Positions 48,797 through 56,885 of a stretch of DNA of 56,885 bases are shown here, one piece after another. Position numbers and translations under genes: made by a program. This DNA is from Catajapyx aquilonaris (taxonomy: Eukaryota). The DNA lies in assembly GCA_000934665.2 (NCBI GenBank), contig JYFJ02002446.1, forward strand, positions 1 through 56,885, given 5' to 3'. A model generated the notes under the pieces. The model searched no databases and was not told where the DNA came from. It worked only from the letters and a program-made list of their open reading frames with translations. Each line of letters starts with the position of its first letter. The stretch's first letter is position 1.

Positions 48797-48965
48797 ACTG
48801 GCAAGAATGGCAGAAAAATGTGGGTCAGACCAAGATAATGGAGAGATCGTATTTTCTATGGCGAAGCTGAAGGGATCATTTTACACACTGATGGCGGTTT
48901 ATCCATTGGCACTAATTGTATTTTTGAAAGAAATCTCCTGCCACACGGCACAAAGAATCTGTTGG
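48797..48965 (+). pseudogene. IR C-terminal remnant resembling the 38.7-kb gene
   Basis: LARMAEKCGSDQDNGEIVFSMAKLKGSFYTL...LALIVFLKEISC. Confidence 0.7.
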
Positions 48966-49415
48966 TTCTAATTTTTTCGCCATCAATTGGCTACTCGCTC
49001 TAAAGTCATCATTATAGAGCTAAGTCATCATAAGCCATGCACGTTTATTCAAGATTCTGTTATATTATGTAGATGTGAATGTATAAAATATAATCCGCTG
49101 CTATTGTTTTGCTTAGCTGCAAATATAGAACTTAAAAACCATTGACAATTATTCCAGGCACAGACCGTACATACCCGTATCTAAAGTTCGTATTCAAATC
49201 GTGGACGTTTTACCACTCCTTCCGTCCAGTAAACTCTTTCAGAGAATATTCTAACTGTTTCCGGTTGCAATGCGGGCAGGGACTGACTGTTTTCCATCTC
49301 GTTTCCGATAATGCCCCTTTGCTTATTTGCTGATATTTTATTTACTGATCAGATCCCAGGCAATATGGATATTATTTGCAGGGACTCTCACCATCGTCGT
49401 AAACAGCATCGATTA

Positions 49416-49737
49416 TCCGCCATCTTTGATGTTTTTGGCGGCCATGGCACTTCACGGCAAGAACAAGTTTTGCCATATGAGCTCCTTGCACTTTTCTCCA
49501 TATTATTTCCGTAAGTACGGCAAAAATATTTGAATTCGCGCGTGTTCTTGCCGTGAAGTTGCCATGGCCGCCAAAACCATCAAAGATGGCGGACCTTTAA
49601 GGCCTGCCTGTACCCTATTTATACCTCGTTGGCGTTGCCCCCGTTTCAAAATGGCCGCCAGCCTTGGCAACGGCCCCAAACAGAGAGACGCGCAAATCGA
49701 ATGTTTGCGCCTCTTACATGTAGTTATATGCTCCCTG
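49416..49737. mobile_element. Truncated copy of the palindromic CAGGGAGCATA MITE
   Basis: Same sequence as 51634-52115 in the opposite orientation; ends ATATGCTCCCTG. Confidence 0.8.
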
Positions 49738-51165
49738 CCCACATCTAACTGTACAAGGAGCATAAAATATTTTAAATATCGCGTGATTTTTCTACGAACG
49801 TTACGACTTCTGTGGCTAATAACTTCGGCTAATAATAACCGTGGACAACATCCAACATAAGAGTCAGCCATCCATCCATCTTTCTAAGGGCAATAAAGGA
49901 ATGAGTACACCTCATTGTGAAAAAAGCAATGAAGTTCCATCAATCGAAACACCTTTTGATGGGTCCTAATAACACGATGACATTGCACGCTAAGATGGAT
50001 AAATTAATCACAGAACCTGGATCAAGATGGGGGGGGGGGGGGNAACATGATCGAAACCTCTATTAATCATCATCATGGACCTACAGTTAAGAGACCACAC
50101 CTCTGTACATTACGTAATTATCTCCGCACTGAATAAGTGATGTAATGCAGGTGGCTGTGGTTATGAAAAAAAAAATCAGAAAATACTCGTATAGTATTAG
50201 AATAATATGTGAATCAATCAATTTCAAATTTACTCTGGATGAAGCAGCCTTCGTCCATCGCTGGTTCCTGATGAAGCTTTAAGTAATTACATGCAAAAAC
50301 AAAAAAATGAGTCCATATTAATTACTTTAATCATGTGTACCGTGACCACATCGCCATGGATTATTACAGGGACCATGTCCAGGTTTACGGGCAGGTGAAC
50401 TAGCAATCTTCCAAAACCTGTCTATTAACAAGTGAAAGAGAGCCCGGATAATTAGCGGATTAATAATAATCGCGGTGTCCAATGTCACGGTAACTAGGTC
50501 GCTGGGCAGGGCAAACAAACTGACACATTTCGCACACACATTACGTAAATTTTTACAGCGTATTGCGTAACTGTGTCGCCAGCTAATTAATAATGTCTAG
50601 CCCCCCCGCAGGTGGTACCTTCCATTGCCAACAGCATCGGCGGACTTGACCTCCGGATATGACCCATTGTTCAGACTAGGCGCCGAAGTAAATTAGGTGC
50701 AGGCTGCATTGAAATTGGGCGGAGGGAGAGGATTGGACCATAACTCACAATAGTCGTCGCAGCACCGGATGCTGGAGTTTCAAGTCCTCCGATTTCGTCT
50801 CCATTTCTCCGATGCTAACAGGGAATGGTCGCACTTCTCTCAGAATTACTGCAAAGAAAAAGAGTTTGTTGTCCTGTGATGGAGGCAGGTTCGGAACAGC
50901 AGAAAAATTTCAAGGATTTTAGATATTTCTACAAGTCTACCATCGCGAAATATTGGTACGAATCTGATCACGTATTGTCGGAGATTCTACGCAGTTTGAT
51001 ACTTTGATTCTAAATCATCCTGGGTTAATCCAAGTTATTGGAGCTTGGCGAGATGGGGAGGGCTAATTTGCGGCCAACCGACGCTACACTGTTGATCCCT
51101 CACACAATGATGGCCATTCCGCACTGCATTATCCGGCTCTACAAAGTCGGCGACTGGAATTCCCC

Positions 51166-51206
51166 TGGAGAAATAAATTGATAGCGGTCAGAGGTCACAC
51201 CTGCAA

Positions 51207-51273
<67 letters not shown>

Positions 51274-51398
51274 CGCTCGCTCTCTTCCCCATCGAAATTA
51301 GTTGCCCATGAAACCAGCATCGGGGACCACTTGGTGACAAGTGCGAAATAACGCTCAGGGATTGTCCGAAGGGGTTCCGCTATCAATTTATCACTCCA
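51166..51398. mobile_element. MITE-like element containing a (TC)n microsatellite (51211-51270)
   Basis: Inverted TGGAGAAATAAATTGATAGCGG / CCGCTATCAATTTATCACTCCA. Confidence 0.55.
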
Positions 51399-51633
51399 TA
51401 GACTTCGCTATGTCCAGGACTCGACGTCGAGAGATAAATGGGCTAAACTACAGGGTGTGATTCAAGCTGCTCATTCCAAGCAGTTGCACCTGATGTTTTT
51501 TAAAAAATGAGCGCAACCGAGTGTGCAACACAGTTGACGCAAATTGTTTCCAACACTACGCTGGAGGTGGTAACAATATGGAAGACTTTTGCGACCTTTC
51601 CAAGACTATGGAACGAACCTTAGAGGCTACCAC

Positions 51634-52115
51634 CAGGGAGCATATTATGCATAAGAGACGCAAACATTCGATTCGCGCGTCTCTCTGTTTGGGCCGTTGC
51701 CAAGGCTGGCGGCCATTTTGAAACGGGGGCAACGCCAACGAGGTATAAATAGGGTACAGGCAGGCCGTAAAGGTCCGCCATCTTTGATGGTTTTGGCGTC
51801 CATGGCACTTTATGCGCGAATTCGAATATTTTTGCCGTACTTACGGAATTAATATGTAGAAAAGTGCAAGGAGCTCATACGACAAAAATATTCAAATTCG
51901 CGCGTGTTCTTGCCGTGAAGTGCCATGGCCGCCAAAACCATCAAAGATGGCGGACCTTTACGGCGGCCTGCCTGTACCCTATTTATACCTTGTTGGCGTT
52001 GCCCCCGTTTCAAAATGGCCGCCAGCCTTGAGAACGGCCCCAAACAGAGAGACGCGGACATCAAAGGCGCCGACCGAAGTTTGCGCCTCTTATATACAGA
52101 AGTATATGCTCCCTG
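51634..52115. mobile_element. Full-length palindromic MITE (P- or hAT-like termini)
   Basis: CAGGGAGCATAT...ATATGCTCCCTG with long inverted arms. Near-TSD CTACCAC / CTACCAG. Confidence 0.8.
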
Positions 52116-54742
52116 CTACCAGTGTAAGGAGTAATTATTGTGGCAAGGTTGTTGTCGGAACAATAGACTTGCGCGAGTGTGGGTGCGCACTCGGTTGCGC
52201 TTGCAAAAAAAATCATCTACAGTTTAAGATGATATTTTAAATCCAATATTATGTCCGCATCCCTTTCAAACACTGTGAAATATTAGATTCAATGATTAGA
52301 AACACTTAGGTTGTAACCTTACTGAAGTCAAGACGAAATAGTTTCTACAAACTCATTACCTCAGACCTTCTCTACTCACCAGACTCACCTTTTTTCAGGA
52401 GGAAGCGGTCAGTATAAATTCACAGCGACAAACGGTGCTTTGCACTTAAGGCCCTCCATTTCGCAAACGCTATAATGGGTTAGAGTCGTTCATTACAATC
52501 ACTGCGATCGTTACTCTTATCGGGGAGCTCATTAACAGGTAACCGATATCGGAATCCGGATTTCTGTTAGCAAGTCGCGGAATACTGTTCAATCTTCCGA
52601 ATATTTCGGGATATTTTTCACGCAGATAATCTCGCAAACTGTATTTTAAATTCTAGCTATAGAAATAATAAATATTGAAGGGCAATGCCATCCCTGAGGT
52701 CAAATATGCAAATAAAAAATGCGCTTCCCTTTTTTAGTCTGGTCCAGACCAATCCGCGTTAGAGTGCGAGTAATTGGAAAATGACATGTGCTGTCACAAG
52801 TGCGATGCATGTCATCGTCACCGCAACGCGTCGTGCTTATCAGACACCCCAGCTCCAATCAGGAATGAACCTTCTCTCCTCTCATGTCAACGCCCTTATC
52901 TCTATTGGCATCCCCATCTATTATGCGAATATAGAGAGAGAGAGACTGCTCGCCTGATGGTCGGCAGATTATTGCAGAATCAACAAGTGACGATGCAATT
53001 ACTTGCTCCGTACATGTTAAAAGCTGGGTTGATCAAGTTGTCGGCAACAAGTTTGAAAATGCAAAATGTTGTTTTGGTAGTATTATTAGTGCAAAACCAG
53101 TACGAGCACACACTTCATATTTGGGGCTATTGTAATCACTCCAATAGCAATTCAGAGGACGGTATTATTAGCTCTAAAAGTCAGGTTCTCCGATGTGTAG
53201 CCGAGTCCTTTGTGGTACAGGATCCGGTTAATAATGCGGCGATGATTAATACCGAGCACCAAGTGCATCAGACAGGCCTTGTTTGCTCCACATACACACA
53301 CACAAAAAAACTCTTGTGTGTATAGGAACACTCGCATGAACAAAAATTGAGTTTAAAATCCTGAGAAGCCACGGATCAAAGGGTGGAGAAATTCTGGTTT
53401 ACGTACCCATTTTGGTCCATCATTATTCCCTTCAGGGCACAGCGTCAAAAGGGGGGGCTTCTTTCCAACAAAACAAAAGGTAATGGCCATTATCATCTAG
53501 ATTATAATTCCATAGTAGGCGCTAATGAATAGCAAAGGTAAAATGCAGTGTTGTGATGGCAAAATTCATTTCAGCAAAGAAAACAAGGCGGTGCTTTTCG
53601 TTCCTGTTTTCTTTGTGTCAGATGCATGTAATTAGCGATGGCTTTAATTTTGGTTCATGAAATACCCTACCACGCTTAATAATATTATTGTAAACACTTT
53701 GAAAATATGATCGGTTTGGCAATGAAGTGTACAGATTATTCAGTCTTTTTCATATACTGAATTGAGTTGTAACTAGGTTACAGCCAAAAACGGCAACTTG
53801 TCTGAAGTCAAATGGGGCCGCACAAAATGTTTTCGTGTCATGCAAGATTTTCTCTTCCATATTATGAATAATGCAGCAACTTCCTTCCAGTGCAGAGCTC
53901 TGAAATAAACACTATGTTTTATTTTTACCGTCTCAGTTATACTTCCACTGTCGCCGTTTTCTGGGGGTGTTTGTTGGATTATGTATATTTCAAAGTAGCA
54001 GCCCCATTTGTGCTGCACAAACGGAATAATATATGGGCAGAAAAGGGCCTGGTCACCTCGAAGGCACAACTTGGCAACTTATCTTTCTCTATACAATGAC
54101 CAATAGAATCGTCACGCTGACTGCTCACAAACATTGCAACTATCCTTAGAAGATTAGAAATAATGTTCGTGTGGTCAGCTCCCACAAATTGTGTGCCTGA
54201 ATTATTTAGTGAGTTATTAGCCCCAAATTGCAAAACGTTTTGTTGGCTTTTAGAGGATAATATATATGCGTGGATCACTTTTTGATGCCTTTGAACTATC
54301 CCTTATAGGCCTAATTGGTCGTCAATTTTTAATGAATCATGCAAGAGTGCGCCCATAACAACAATATTAGTAGTAGGCGCATAATTTGGGTTGGTACAAA
54401 ATATTTCGAGTCTATAGTAACACTCACTAAAACGTGCAATTAATGATGTGAGCACTTGATTTTAATATAGCGCTACATGCCATAAAATTAGTGCATTACA
54501 CTGGACGACATAAATGTGCAATTATTATTAGTTTCATTAATGGTTGGTGTACACGTTCCTGGACCATTTGCCCTGGACAAATTGTTGGATGTCACTATTT
54601 GTAGTGGAGGTTGGTAAAAGATTCCAGGTTGCTCTTGTCCTACTAAAAAGTCAACGAATATTTCTGTTTCCTCAGTAACCAAACACACTTGGCTCCTTAG
54701 TAATAAGATTGGGTAGAAAGCTAATTAACACATTAAGGCCCC

Positions 54743-54860
54743 TAGTCTGATGACCCTGGGTAAGCTATCCCGGGGGCAATCACCATGGCAGCATATGTAA
54801 AAGGATAGCAGTAAACAACCAGTTACCCCAGGGGGCAAGCTACTCCGGGTCACCAGACTA
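54743..54860. mobile_element. Short MITE
   Basis: TAGTCTGATGACCC...GGGTCACCAGACTA inverted ends. Confidence 0.55.
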
Positions 54861-54898
54861 TATACCTAAGAGCACAAATGCAAATAAAATAACTAAAA

Positions 54899-56730
54899 TT
54901 ATTCAAATTCGCGTTCGTGATAGATATTACAAAAGAGACGGATTATTACATGCCCTCTCTCATTTTCTATAAGAGAAATGGAAATTGCCCCACTGCACTG
55001 TCTTCCGCGAATTCTGGTGAGTAATTCGCAAATAAAGGAAACTAGTGACACAGCCAGTCCAATCAACCAGATTTTGAACATGAAGGAAACATGGTTTATG
55101 CTCAACACTTCAAGTTCGTTTTCAGTCGCAGTCTTTTCTTCTCGAGCCAGAATTTCCTTGAAGGAATGCAAGAAAGTGGTGAACTGCTCGTCATACGTGT
55201 ACTTCATAATGAGGTTAGATTCGATAAAGAAACGGGCGTGCTTCTTCAGGAGATGGAAAAGAGCCGTGTTTCCTCTGGACGTCGCAGCTGAGGAATACAC
55301 AGGGAAAATTGATTCCTTAGCAAACAGGACAGTCTTTCTACCCAGAGTGTCTCTGTGGCGAGACACTTCTCTCTGAAGCCACAGTTTAAAACCAAAGCAA
55401 ACAACCGGCTCGAGTTGTACTGTGTCCAAGCAATCCTCGGTACTGTCAACTTGCACCAATCTCTTCATTATCCGTTTGGGCATCTCTTCCTGAGAAAGTC
55501 GTGCCAATAATCCCACCAGAAGCAAGTTCACTCCACTAGCTTTTATGGCCCAGTCAGATTTGTCCAGCTCCTCGAAATTGCTGGGGACAAACTCCTTGGA
55601 AGGTGAAGACAACATGACGGTGAATTTCGCGGTGTAACCTGTGACGACAACTCGAGCAAAAAACATGACAAATGTGGCCAGAAGCAGGAAGTGCCAGTCT
55701 TTCGAAGGGTATTCGCTCGATTGCTCCACGAATTCTCTGCAAACTATTTCAATGGACTTGCTCCACGTGGAGTTTCCACTGGACACAGGAGTAGCAGCGA
55801 GGTACCGAACGGTCATCATTGTAAGGAAAATTGTGACCAAAAACACTGCCCAAAAATGTGATGTGTATGGCATCAGGAGAAGATGTGCCTCCCAGTTGAC
55901 CACACCCTGAGGAATTCTGGTCAAGAACGAGACAATAAGATACAGGATTGGTTCTGATTGAAGTGTGTATTGAGCAGTGAGTTCTGACATCAAAATAGCT
56001 CCTGCGATGTCCAATCTTCCTCTAACCAGTTGTCCAGTGAGTCCAACCCACGTCCCGTTTTCTAGAATCTTGTCCAGATCTTCATCTTCGTTGTATGTCA
56101 CTCTGAATTTAACTTCAGATTTCAACGACTGTCCGTACAAATAGAGGTAGCGTTCATACCATGCCAAACCCATCTCGCCAAATTCGTCCTTCTTCTGCAT
56201 GGCCTCCTGCCATTCGAAATCAAAATACATGGACAACTGGAGTTCCTTTCCGTTCATGTGCTCGTCCATGTTTTTGAAGAAATGGCTTAATGTCGGACGT
56301 CTGATTTCGGGCTGTCCATCTTGTCCGCAATAAAAGCAGGCGGTCTCGGTCAGAAGTTGTCCGGATTCTCTCCTGGTGGACACCTTAAGCCTTAGTGCAC
56401 TGGCAGGTGGTGAGGTCATCACTCGGTGCACTTTTTTCGCGTCTGATGACTTGAAGTCGATGAGAAACTTGTCATCCAGAGGGACAAGTTTGACCACAGA
56501 AGCTGTGTACATTAGCAGTGACCCCAATGAGGACGGCTTCGATGGTACCAGAAGGTTGAAAGTGCAGGACATTCCGGACCACGCCCTGGACAGAATTTCT
56601 GGAGGGACAGTCCTGAAGTCCAGCATCTCCTTTTGATTCTTGAGCCACGGATAATCTTTGTAGGTGTACGGAAATGTGGTCATACGGACTGTAAATGAGG
56701 GCAAATACTTCTCCGATTGTCCCGCAATAA
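54899..56730 (-). CDS. Divergent IR, subfamily B; the N-terminal ~65 codons are missing in this window
   Basis: ENGTWVGLTGQLVRGRLDIA, GYTAKFTVML and final TM. Homology to the paralogs stops at GQSEKYLPSF (~56730), with an in-frame TAG just upstream. Confidence 0.8.
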
Positions 56731-56885
56731 TGGGGAACTAGCCTTCATTTTGGAAACTACATAATAAATTCGCCCATATTTTTTGGATTTTTTTTGGCAT
56801 ATTCCGCTTTAAGATATCAGTTCCCGTTCCGGAGTAATTGGGGTTTTTATGTAGGGAAATGGTGACGTCACTGTTTCCCTAGAAA

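Noticed and set aside
49503..52240. Short ORFs such as MAAKTIKDGGPLR
   Set aside because: They lie inside palindromic MITE copies.

Overview
Eukaryotic genomic DNA, most likely arthropod. It has short GT-AG introns, SINEs, MITEs and Helitron ends, and two N gaps (2313-2320, 50043). Left third (minus strand): two paralogous single-C2H2 genes built from a duplicated ~62-65 aa exon, plus a complete 7-coding-exon multi-zinc-finger gene of ~964 aa. All three share a GGGTGCATTCGGGTGG + AAGATGGCGTC 5' module. From 18 kb to the end is a tandem cluster of intronless divergent ionotropic receptor (IR/iGluR-like) genes in two subfamilies: 7 intact ORFs, 1 lacking its 5' end, and at least 4 pseudogene remnants, with signs of gene conversion and an inverted head-to-head pair. 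Inside the cluster, not called as such by the ORF track, is a 3-exon gene for a 93-aa secreted prepropeptide (signal peptide, RQKR-EA, His3/Pro10, C-terminal -GR amidation signal). This is the most novel-looking element. All gene models were read by eye and have no transcript support.
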